Source of the DNA: Candidatus Latescibacterota bacterium
GTDB taxonomy: Bacteria; Latescibacterota; UBA2968; UBA8231
NCBI GenBank assembly: GCA_965206595.1
Contig: OZ242214.1
Coordinates: forward strand, 3,328,001-3,392,000
Direction of reading: 5' to 3'
DNA: 64,000 nt
This document shows, one piece after another, positions 49,642 to 57,974 of the stretch. Within the stretch, counting starts at the first letter, position 1. Every line of letters begins with the position of its first letter. Under the pieces are notes generated by a model, which was not told the DNA's origin, searched no databases, and saw only the letters and a list, made by a program, of their open reading frames with translations. A program made the position numbers and the translations under genes.

Positions 49642-52600
49642 CTACCTCAGCAGGGAGATCTTCCTCCCCTCGCTGAAGTCCCCTGCCCGCAGCTCGATCA
49701 GGTAGAGGCCGCTGGCCGCCCTGTTTCCAGAATCGTCGAGCCCGTTCCAGTAGACGGCGTGGCTGCCCGCCTCGAGGTCGGCGGAGACCAGGGCGCGCAC
49801 CAGACCTCCGCGCAGGTCGTATACGCGCAGCTCGGCGCGCTCCGGCCGGGGCAGGTCGAAGCGCAGGTGGGTGCGGCTGTTGAACGGGTTGGGCCAGGCC
49901 TGGTGGAGGGCGAAGCGCTCGGGAAGCCCCTCCGCGGACGCCTCCACCGCGGTATCATGGAGAGGTTCGCTGGTCAGGAACGGGCGCCAGTCGACCTCCC
50001 CCTCAAGCAGGGCGGCGATGGCGACGCTGTCCGCCGTGCCCCAGTAGTTTCCCCGGGCATTCACCGGCAGCCCGGATTGGTTGGCGATTGCGGTGCGGTT
50101 GTTGACGAAGGAGTTGCGGGTGATCTCCCCTGGCACCCGGGAGCCGCTGATGGCCACCGCGGTGAGGTTGTTCTCGAACCGGTTGTCGATCAGCCCGGGC
50201 GCCGAATCGACCGACTCGACGCCGAAGGAGCCGTTGCGGAAGATGGAGTTGCGCGCCGTCAGGCCCTGGACTCCGGTCAGCGCCATCCCCGAGCTGCTGG
50301 CGAAATCGCTCATGTCGATCAGCCCGGTGGTGCCGCCGCTCAGCACCAGTCCGGTGCCGACGTTGTCCTCGAACAGGGTCGTCCAGACCTCCATGCGGGA
50401 ATCGGCGAAGACCGCGCCGTGGCCGATGTTGCGGGAGACGACCACGTCCTCGAACACCATCCGGGCGAGGCCGCTGCCGAGGATGCCGTTCCTGCGATTG
50501 CCGGTTATCTCGCAGCCGTGGAGCTCGACCTCCCCTTCCCACGGGTCGAGCTGCAACCCGTGCAGGGTGCTGCCGGTGACCGTGCACTTCCACAACTCGA
50601 TCTTCTGCCCCCGCCCCCCTTTCGCCAGCAGGCCGGAGCGCGGGTCCTCGTCGTCGAGCTGCCCCGACGACACGATGCTCGTCGAGATCGCCAGCAGGTT
50701 GCTGTTGCCCAGCGAGATCCCCTCCCAGCCGATGTTCTCGATGACGCTGTTGCGCACCCGCACCAGCCCGGTTCCCGAGGCCCGCAGCGCGTTTCCGGCG
50801 ACCTCCTTCAAGGTCGACCCGTCGATCGTCAGCTCGCCGAGCACGAACAGGTTGATGCCGTGAACGGTGCGCCGGACGGTGGCGTTCTCCAGGTGCGCCC
50901 TCCCTCTGCCGGAGACCTCTCCGCTCACCGCGAAGCCGCTCTGACTGATCTCGAGATGGGAGGCCTCTATTACCCCGTCCGCTTCCAGCACCAGACCGTA
51001 CCAGAGCGAATCGCTCGACGGCGAGTCGACGGTGAGCTTCACCGGGCCGGCGGGAGTGCCGGCTATCTTCAGGCTGCCTTTTACCACGAGTTCGGTCAGC
51101 CCCGGATTCTCCCCCCGCCCGGAGAGGTCGCTGGGGGCGAAGCGCACGGTCGCGCCGCTGTCGATCACCAGCTCGGAAGCCGGCGAGACGTGGACGTCCC
51201 AGGGCAGGATGCGGTCCTGCGACCAGGTCGTGACCCCGGCCGGCAGCCGCTGCCGCACGAGCCCGTAGCGCGAGTTTTCGACCAGCAGCCCGCCGGCGGC
51301 CGCGGCCTGCTCCACCTCCCCTGAACCGCCCGTCATCAGCAACAGGCCGAGCCAGTCGCCGGAGCGCGGTCGCTCCTCGGCCGACTCGATGACCACCGGG
51401 TCTGCGGAATCCCCGCGCACCTCGAGCTCGCCGTAGACGATCATCTCGCCGAGGCCGCGGTCGAAGCCCGCGGAGCGGCTGTCGCCGCGTTTGAAACGCA
51501 CCCGGGTGCCGGCCTCCAGGACCAGGCGCACCCCCGGCTCGACGACGACGTCGCCGTCGACCTCGACCTCCCCGGACCAGACGGCGTCGGCCGAGACGTT
51601 CCCCTCCACGGGCTGGCGCACGAGGATGTCGAGGCCCATGCGGCCGCCGCCGAGGTCGCGGATGTTCTCGAGGGCGATGCCGAGAGGCACGCCGCGCTCG
51701 AAGCGGGCGTGGGCTTGCAGGCCGGGATTGGTGTTCAGGTCGGCGCGCTCGAAGCGGTCGCCGTCGAAGGGGTCGGTGGCGTCCCCGCGGTTGCCGTTGT
51801 GGTCGTTGGCGTAGGTCTCGTCACGGGCCCAGAAATCGAGGTTGTCGCGGCCCCCGAAACGGTCCGGTTGCTCGCCGGGAAAGCCGCGGTCGGCGAACAG
51901 TCCATCGGCGCAGACGAGGTCGACCTGCTTGTGGCGCTCCTCGTCGTTGTCCGCCCCCTCGTCGACGTGCCAGACCAGCAGCCCGCCCGCGGGTATGTTG
52001 CGGTTGTAGAAGCTGCCGGAGTTCTGGCGGTTCTCGACCAGGAAATACTCCTCCTCGGAGACCGGGATCCGGTACACCTGCCCGCCGCGGTCGATCTGCT
52101 CCATCTCGAGGCCGCGCAGGGATCCGGTGACTTCGACGAGGTTCCCGTTCTCCTTGCCGAGCCAGCCCAGCTGCGCCAGCGACCAGGCGCTGAAGGGGTT
52201 GGGGCCGTCCTCGACGCCCCAACCGAGGGTCCCCAACCCCATCAGTCCCCACTTGCCGATCCCGGCGCCGTCGAGCCCCCAGTCGATCTCCCTGCCGAGA
52301 AGCACCGTCGATTGGTCGAACAGGTCGGGGAGCCCGAGGACGTGGGCGAACTCGTGGCACATGGTCGCGGCGGTCACGGAGAAGACGTGGCCCCGCTGGG
52401 TGGTCCCCCCGAAGCCCGAGAAGCGGCCGCGAACGCGGATGAATCTCCCGCCGGCGGCCGCGTCGTCGCTGATGAAGTCGGTGTCGAACCCGAGAGTGGC
52501 CAGCCCGGTCGCCGTGCGCAGCAGGAAGTTCACCGGCACGGTGAGCAAGTTGATGAAGACGATGTCGACGTAGCCGTCGTCGTCCCCGGAATTCGGCATC

Positions 52601-53217
52601 CCGTCGGGGCCGTCGTTGTCGAAGCGGCCCATGTCGACGTCGGCGTCGGCCTGGGTCAGGATCTCGAGGTTGAAGCGCGGGTAGTCGCCTGAGGCCCCTC
52701 CCTCTTCGGGCAAGTAGGAGGCGGCCTCGTCCAGGGAGCTGTAGCGTTTAGGCAGGACTTCTCCCCGCGCCCGCAGCTGGCCGCGCGACATCTCGTCGTA
52801 GAAGTGGGTGAAGCTGCCGGGTATGCCGGCGTCGAACAGGTCGTCGGCCCAGGAGGGCTTGGCGTCGGCGCCCTCGGCCTCGCCGCGGAACTTGGCAAAG
52901 ACAACCAGGGCGTTGAAGGTCCCCGTCACCGTGCCGCGGCTGTCGAGCAGCGTTGCCCGGCTGGCGCCCCTCTTCGCGCGCAGACGCCGCGGCGTCTGCG
53001 CGCGAAGAGGGGCCCCCGCGGAAAACCCGGAGAGAGGTTCCCCGGGCGAATACTCCTCCCCGGTGCCGCCGCAGGCGACGACCCCTTCGGGGGTCAGCTC
53101 GACTTCGGAGGCGCTGCCGGCGTAGCCGTCGCCGGGGCCGAGGCAGGCGAGCAGCGAGACCGCCGCGGCCGCCAGGACGCGGCCGCCCGCGGCTACGGGC
53201 GAGGCGTCCTGCGGCAT
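49642..53217 (-). CDS. Second secreted M6 metalloprotease with extended beta-helix and FlgD-like/CTD domain
   Basis: Signal-like VLAAAAVSLLACL; FDNDGPDG.PNSGDDDGYVD; CHEFAHVLGLPDLF; EYFLVENR; NYWG; QAWPNPFN..W.G.D..G...ASGLY. Start overlaps the pafA end. Confidence 0.88.
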   Translation of the reverse strand: MPQDASPVAAGGRVLAAAAVSLLACLGPGDGYAGSASEVELTPEGVVACGGTGEEYSPGEPLSGFSAGAPLRAQTPRRLRAKRGASRATLLDSRGTVTGTFNALVVFAKFRGEAEGADAKPSWADDLFDAGIPGSFTHFYDEMSRGQLRARGEVLPKRYSSLDEAASYLPEEGGASGDYPRFNLEILTQADADVDMGRFDNDGPDGMPNSGDDDGYVDIVFINLLTVPVNFLLRTATGLATLGFDTDFISDDAAAGGRFIRVRGRFSGFGGTTQRGHVFSVTAATMCHEFAHVLGLPDLFDQSTVLLGREIDWGLDGAGIGKWGLMGLGTLGWGVEDGPNPFSAWSLAQLGWLGKENGNLVEVTGSLRGLEMEQIDRGGQVYRIPVSEEEYFLVENRQNSGSFYNRNIPAGGLLVWHVDEGADNDEERHKQVDLVCADGLFADRGFPGEQPDRFGGRDNLDFWARDETYANDHNGNRGDATDPFDGDRFERADLNTNPGLQAHARFERGVPLGIALENIRDLGGGRMGLDILVRQPVEGNVSADAVWSGEVEVDGDVVVEPGVRLVLEAGTRVRFKRGDSRSAGFDRGLGEMIVYGELEVRGDSADPVVIESAEERPRSGDWLGLLLMTGGSGEVEQAAAAGGLLVENSRYGLVRQRLPAGVTTWSQDRILPWDVHVSPASELVIDSGATVRFAPSDLSGRGENPGLTELVVKGSLKIAGTPAGPVKLTVDSPSSDSLWYGLVLEADGVIEASHLEISQSGFAVSGEVSGRGRAHLENATVRRTVHGINLFVLGELTIDGSTLKEVAGNALRASGTGLVRVRNSVIENIGWEGISLGNSNLLAISTSIVSSGQLDDEDPRSGLLAKGGRGQKIELWKCTVTGSTLHGLQLDPWEGEVELHGCEITGNRRNGILGSGLARMVFEDVVVSRNIGHGAVFADSRMEVWTTLFEDNVGTGLVLSGGTTGLIDMSDFASSSGMALTGVQGLTARNSIFRNGSFGVESVDSAPGLIDNRFENNLTAVAISGSRVPGEITRNSFVNNRTAIANQSGLPVNARGNYWGTADSVAIAALLEGEVDWRPFLTSEPLHDTAVEASAEGLPERFALHQAWPNPFNSRTHLRFDLPRPERAELRVYDLRGGLVRALVSADLEAGSHAVYWNGLDDSGNRAASGLYLIELRAGDFSEGRKISLLR
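52966..53013. repeat. Perfect 48-bp palindrome inside the protease gene
   Basis: GCCCCTCTTCGCGCGCAGACGCCG|CGGCGTCTGCGCGCGAAGAGGGGC; 24-bp arms, no spacer. Confidence 0.95.
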
Positions 53218-54608
53218 TCGGCGATGAACTCGGAAGCCTCGAAATCGTAGGTTCGGAACGGGTCGTCGAGGTTGAGGTACATCTCGTCCTCGACGTAGAT
53301 CGAATCCCAGTCGATGACGTAGCGGGCCTTGTGATCGGTCAGCTCGCGCATCACCGCGGACCGCGCCCGCGCCCGGGTGTCCTGCGGCGGCGTCACGATC
53401 GCCCGGTTCACCATTTCGTCGGAGACCACCTTCTTGGTGATGCCCTGCTCCCTGAGGTCGAAGTAGAGCCCCCTGTCGGGGTTGAGGTTGTGGTACTCGA
53501 GGTCGAGGCTCTGGACCCAGGTGTCCTGCCAGTCGAGCTGCTCGGCCTCCATGAACGACTCGAGCAGCCATTTCTTCGTCACCCAGTCGACGCGGTCGAC
53601 GAGCGCCATCGGGTCGTGGACGAGGGCGTCGAGCACGAAGCGCCACTCGTCGAGAACCCAGTCCGCCTCCCTGTCGAGGCCGCGCAGGTAGCGCTCGGCG
53701 AGCTCGAGGTACTGGTACTGGATCTCGCTCGCCGTCGTGTACCTGCCGTCCTCGAGCTGGACTTCCCAGCGGTACTCGAGGTCGCGGGAGATCTCCCGGA
53801 TCGCCTGCACCGGGTCGAGAAGCTTGACGTCGGGGACGATGCGCTCCTCGAGCAGTTCGAGCATCAGGGCGGTGGTGCCGACCTTCAGCGCCGTCGCGTA
53901 CTCCGACATGTTCGAGTCGCCGACCAGAAGATGCAGGCGGCGGTAGAGGCCCCAGTCCGCCAGCGGCTCGTCCCGGGTGTTGATGATGGCGCGGCTGAAC
54001 TGGATCCACTGGTAGATCTCGGTGACGATGTGGTCGGCGCGCTGGGAGATCTGGTAGGGGACCTCGCGGTCCTCGCCGCTGCCGCCGTACTCGAAGATGT
54101 CGGTGTGGCAGCCGACCCGTCCGGACCCGGCGTAGATCTGGCGGCTGACGAAGAAGGGCAGGATCGCCGGCAGCAGGACCTGGGCGAAGGGGACGTCGCG
54201 GCGCACGAGGTAGTTCTCGTGACAGCCGAAGGTCGCGCCGGTGTAGTGGTCGATGTTGTTCTTGAAGAACGACGCGTTCTCTGCCATGCCCAGCTGGTCG
54301 AGGGCCCGCTGCACCATCAGCTCGCCGGCGCGGTCCGCGGCGACGAGATCGAACAGCCCGCGGCATTCCGGGGTCGCGTACTCGACGTGACCCATGTCGA
54401 TGTACATCCTGCCGCCGTTGAACAGGAAGCCGCCGTTGCCTGGCGGTTCGTCGCGGCCGCGGTAGTGGATGTCGACGATGCCGAGGCCCTCGCGGTAGAA
54501 GACACAGTCCTTGGTCTTCACCGAGATGAAATCCGGACTGAGGAAGGGGTCCGAATCCGGGGGCATGCAGCCGAATTCGATTTCGAGTCCGTATATGCGG
54601 TTGCGCAT
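53193..54608 (-). CDS. pafA: Pup/UBact--protein ligase (PafA family)
   Basis: IYGLE.EFG, FL.NGGR.Y.D.GH.EYATPEC, FKNN.D..G..FGCHENYL, SQRADH, RAIINTRDEP, YRRLH..VGDSNMSE, DW...L.DPF. Confidence 0.9.
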   Translation of the reverse strand: MRNRIYGLEIEFGCMPPDSDPFLSPDFISVKTKDCVFYREGLGIVDIHYRGRDEPPGNGGFLFNGGRMYIDMGHVEYATPECRGLFDLVAADRAGELMVQRALDQLGMAENASFFKNNIDHYTGATFGCHENYLVRRDVPFAQVLLPAILPFFVSRQIYAGSGRVGCHTDIFEYGGSGEDREVPYQISQRADHIVTEIYQWIQFSRAIINTRDEPLADWGLYRRLHLLVGDSNMSEYATALKVGTTALMLELLEERIVPDVKLLDPVQAIREISRDLEYRWEVQLEDGRYTTASEIQYQYLELAERYLRGLDREADWVLDEWRFVLDALVHDPMALVDRVDWVTKKWLLESFMEAEQLDWQDTWVQSLDLEYHNLNPDRGLYFDLREQGITKKVVSDEMVNRAIVTPPQDTRARARSAVMRELTDHKARYVIDWDSIYVEDEMYLNLDDPFRTYDFEASEFIAECRRTPRP

Positions 54609-54628
54609 CTGACTTGCCGGGAGCCGGC

Positions 54629-55390
54629 CTACTGCGCGAACCGGCTCAGGGCCTCTTCGAGCTCGGCCGGCGGCAACAGGCGGAACTTCGATTTCGTCGG
54701 CAGGGTGCGGTCGAGCACGGCGGCTTCGATCCGCTGGCCGCCGTCGAGGGCCGTGGCGACGCTCTCGGAGATCTCGCCGGCGGTCGGTTTCCCGGTGCGC
54801 CCGGGTTCGCCGTAGAGCCGCCCCACCGCCCAGGTCTCGAGGGCGCGCTCCAGGGCCTCCTGCAGACCGGGAGCCTCGGGCTCCGCGGCGGCGTGCCGGG
54901 CTATGGCGTCGCGGCTCTCCGCGGTGCCCGCGACTGCAGCCGCGGCCCCGGAGGCGGCGAACGATCCGTCGGCGTCCACGGTGTAGAAGGCCACGCCCCC
55001 GGCTCCGGCGTCGAGCTCGGCGACAAGAACGCGGGCGATGAAGGGAGAGTGGAAGATCTCGTCGAAGGCGGTCTTCATCAGCGGCCCGATGCCGAAGCTG
55101 ACCAGCCGCTGCAGGGAGACATCCCGGGCCGAGAGATTGAAGGCCTCGACGTGGGCTATGTCGATGACGGCCTTGCGCAGCTTTTCGATGTCGGCCGGGT
55201 GGCCGATGGCGGCGAAGGCGACCTGGTTGTAGACCTCGAACAGCTTGCGCGGGCCCGGGGTCGTGGTCAGCAGCAGGATGCCGTCGTCGTAGACAGAGCC
55301 GACCACCGGGCTGGCGGACTTGAGCTGGTCCTCGAGGTACTCGCGGCGATTGCGGATCGCCTCGACCCAGCGGTAGGGTTCATCGAGCAT
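54629..55390 (-). CDS. prcA: 20S proteasome alpha subunit
   Basis: PYRW.EA...R.EY....L....PVV...Y.DGILL, KLFEVY...AFAAIG...D.E.LR, IEAAVLDR......FR.L. Confidence 0.88.
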   Translation of the reverse strand: MLDEPYRWVEAIRNRREYLEDQLKSASPVVGSVYDDGILLLTTTPGPRKLFEVYNQVAFAAIGHPADIEKLRKAVIDIAHVEAFNLSARDVSLQRLVSFGIGPLMKTAFDEIFHSPFIARVLVAELDAGAGGVAFYTVDADGSFAASGAAAAVAGTAESRDAIARHAAAEPEAPGLQEALERALETWAVGRLYGEPGRTGKPTAGEISESVATALDGGQRIEAAVLDRTLPTKSKFRLLPPAELEEALSRFAQ

Positions 55391-55394
55391 GGGC

Positions 55395-56162
55395 TTAGCG
55401 GAGCGTCTCGTACAGCGCCTGCAGGTCCGGTTCGGCGATCGCCTCGACGCCCGCGGCGGTGACGCGCATGACCTGTGGGAAGATCCGCGCAACCGGTTTG
55501 TAGCCGCCGGTGGCGGTGTCGTACTCGGCCGCGGTTTCGAGCATCCTCAGGATCAGCGAGAGGGATTCTTCCGCTTCCATCTTGGCCAGCGGCCTTTCCC
55601 CCCACCGGTTCAGATAGTAGAGGGCGCCGCGGATGACATGGGATCCCGAACCGGTTGTGCAGAAGTCGACCGACTCGAAGGTGGCCCCGAGAACGTCGTA
55701 GAAGAAGATCTTGCCGCCGCCGGGACCGCTGTCGTCGAAAGTCGCGTAGATCGGCACCACGGCGCCGATTCCCTGCAGGGCCATGGGCAGGTTCTCTCGC
55801 ATCAGCCGCGACAGGGTTCTCAGCCTGCCGTCGAGGCTCATCTCCTGCAGCTGCGAGCGACGGTAGTGCTGGAAGGAGATCTCGAGCATGCGCGCGATCT
55901 CGTAGGCGTTGGCCGGCGAGCCCGACAGCGCCAGCACCGACCCGTCGTCAACGGCAAGGACCTTGTCGGCGCGGTCGTAGATCACGGTGTTGCCCATGGT
56001 CGCGCGGCGGTCGCCGGCGACGAGGACGCCGTCGCGGCAGCGCAGCGCGAGAATGGTGGTGCCTTCGGTCGACTCGACCGCGGCTTCGGCGCCGCCAGCC
56101 GGCGGCGCCTCGGGCAACTGCCCGTTCTGTTTCAGGAGATTGAGGAAATCGGTGTGTTCCAA
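55395..56162 (-). CDS. prcB: 20S proteasome beta subunit (propeptide plus Thr1)
   Basis: EG|TTILAL...GVLVAGDRRATMGN, DKV, L.HY......SLDG, ENLPMALQG...VP, TGSGS, D.ATGG; TTG start inferred. Confidence 0.92.
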   Translation of the reverse strand: MEHTDFLNLLKQNGQLPEAPPAGGAEAAVESTEGTTILALRCRDGVLVAGDRRATMGNTVIYDRADKVLAVDDGSVLALSGSPANAYEIARMLEISFQHYRRSQLQEMSLDGRLRTLSRLMRENLPMALQGIGAVVPIYATFDDSGPGGGKIFFYDVLGATFESVDFCTTGSGSHVIRGALYYLNRWGERPLAKMEAEESLSLILRMLETAAEYDTATGGYKPVARIFPQVMRVTAAGVEAIAEPDLQALYETLR

Positions 56163-56250
56163 GGCGATGGCCCTGTGCGGCGGCCGGCCGGCGCTGCCGC
56201 CCTTCTGCGGGCCGCGCCCTGGTGGCCTGTCCCGGGAGGGGACGCCGGAC

Positions 56251-56427
56251 TCACTCGCCCGTGCGCTGGCGGTAGCGGCGGGCTTGGTTCGGGTCGACCT
56301 TGCGCATGCGGCGCAGCAGGTCGTCGGTGTTCGGCCGTTCCACCTTGGGGCGGCGGGGTCCTGGATCGTCGCCGTCACCGCCGCCGCCGTCCATGGGCCT
56401 GGTCGGCCGCGGCGCCCGGTCGCGCAT
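56251..56427 (-). CDS. ubact: UBact ubiquitin-like modifier (58 aa)
   Basis: Disordered Gly/Pro-rich N-terminus, LLRRMRKVDPNQARRYRQRTGE; R[TS]G[EQ] terminus; lies between dop and prcB. Confidence 0.92.
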   Translation of the reverse strand: MRDRAPRPTRPMDGGGGDGDDPGPRRPKVERPNTDDLLRRMRKVDPNQARRYRQRTGE

Positions 56428-56428
56428 T

Positions 56429-57973
56429 TCAACTGACCGCATGGTGCATCTCCTCGAGCTGGGTTATCAACTCCGACACGCTGTCGGCCTCTTCCAAGGC
56501 CGCAGTAAAGGTAGCCGCCGTCTCCCTCTCGACACAACCCTTCAGGTCGACCGTCTCGACCCTGCCGCCGACGGTGAACTCGATGCTGTCCCAGTTCAGG
56601 GAGCGTACCTCGGCGCCGAACTTCTGCAGGCAGCGGCCGCGAAAAGCGGCGCGCGTCGCCTCGGGGGCGTCGACCATGGCGCGCGCCACCTCGCCGTCGC
56701 TCACCAGCTTCCCGCCGTCGCCCTCCTCGGCGAGCAGCGGGAACAGTCCTTCCTCCGGATCGATGTTGTGGTACTCGAGGTCCTGGCTCTGCAGCCAGGC
56801 GCGGTCGTCCGGGTCGCCCCAGTCGAGATCTTCGGCCTCGGCGAAGGCGTCGAGCATCCACTTCTTCGTCACCCAGTCGCACCGGCCCCTGAGCCGCATC
56901 GGATCCTCGGCGAGGGCCTCCAGTGTCTCCTTCCAGGCGCCGAGCACCCAGTCGGTTTCGTTGTCTCTCCCCGCGGCCGCGGCCGCGGCCGCGTCGAGAC
57001 AGGCGCGCTGGATCTCGAGCGCGGTCGTGTGCCGGCCGCCTTCGAGCTCGACCTCCCAGGCGCGCCGCTGATCCCGGGAGACCGCCTTTACCGCGCCGAC
57101 CGGGTCTGCGAGGACGAGCGGCGGCAGCTGCCCGCGCTCGAGCAGTTCGAGAACGAGCAGCGCCGTGCCGGTTTTCAGGGCCGTGGCGAACTCGGACATG
57201 TTGGCGTCGCCGTTGATCAGGTGCAGGCGCCGGTAGAGGGCGGCGTCGGCGTGCGGCTCGTCGCGGGTGTTGACCAGCGGCCGCCGCGTCATCGTGTCGA
57301 CGCTGGCGATGCACTCGAAGAAATCGGAGCGCTGCGCCAGCTGGAACACCGCCTGGCCGGCGCCGCGGTCCGCCTCGACTCCGACCTTGCCGGCGCCGGC
57401 GAAGATCTGGCGCGTCACCAGGAACGGCAGCAGGCCGTCGATCACCTGCTGGAACGGGATCTCGCGGCGCACGAGGTAGTTCTCGTGGCAGCCGTAACTG
57501 TGGCCCTCGAAGTCTGTGTTGTTCTTGTAGAGGCGGACGGTGCCGCCATCGCCGCGGGTCCCGGTGCGCCGGCGCGCGCACTGCAGCAGGATGCGTTCCC
57601 CGGCGCGGTCGAAGGCGACCAGGTCGCGCAGCGAGAAGACCTCGGGGGTCGAGTACTCCGGGTGGGTGTGATCGTTGTAGAGGCGCGCGCCGTTGGTGAG
57701 TATCAGGTCGCTCTTCAGCTCCTTCAGCGGGATGCGGCGGTCGCGGTCGCGCTGCAGGTGGTCCGCCTCGTCCTGGTCGTTGAGCAGCTCCTCGACCTCG
57801 AAACCGCGCGCGTCCAGGCGCGGGTTCTCCAGCGCGTAATCCCAGAGGGCAACGAAATCCTCGAGCAGGTAGCAGCGGATCAGCTCCATCGACTCGACGA
57901 CGACGTCGAGCTTCTCCACGCCGTCGACCTGGATCCCGTACTCGGTTTCGAGACCGAACAGCCGGTCGCCCAA
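56429..57973 (-). CDS. dop: Dop-family deamidase/depupylase
   Basis: GLETEYGI, Dop-loop WDY..ENPRLDARGF, NGARLYNDH.HPEYSTPE, YKNNTD..G.SYGCHENY, TRDEPHAD, GDANMSE, WDS..F. Confidence 0.92.
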   Translation of the reverse strand: MGDRLFGLETEYGIQVDGVEKLDVVVESMELIRCYLLEDFVALWDYALENPRLDARGFEVEELLNDQDEADHLQRDRDRRIPLKELKSDLILTNGARLYNDHTHPEYSTPEVFSLRDLVAFDRAGERILLQCARRRTGTRGDGGTVRLYKNNTDFEGHSYGCHENYLVRREIPFQQVIDGLLPFLVTRQIFAGAGKVGVEADRGAGQAVFQLAQRSDFFECIASVDTMTRRPLVNTRDEPHADAALYRRLHLINGDANMSEFATALKTGTALLVLELLERGQLPPLVLADPVGAVKAVSRDQRRAWEVELEGGRHTTALEIQRACLDAAAAAAAGRDNETDWVLGAWKETLEALAEDPMRLRGRCDWVTKKWMLDAFAEAEDLDWGDPDDRAWLQSQDLEYHNIDPEEGLFPLLAEEGDGGKLVSDGEVARAMVDAPEATRAAFRGRCLQKFGAEVRSLNWDSIEFTVGGRVETVDLKGCVERETAATFTAALEEADSVSELITQLEEMHHAVS

Positions 57974-57974
57974 A

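Noticed and set aside
53218-54366. 383-aa N-terminal extension of the 1574-aa ORF, suggesting a PafA-protease fusion
   Set aside because: It is an off-frame overlap with pafA giving Arg/Pro-rich nonsense; a signal-like sequence starts at 53217.
56163-57581. Long N-terminal extension of the proteasome beta ORF (728 aa)
   Set aside because: It overlaps dop and ubact in another frame; beta-subunit similarity begins near 56162.
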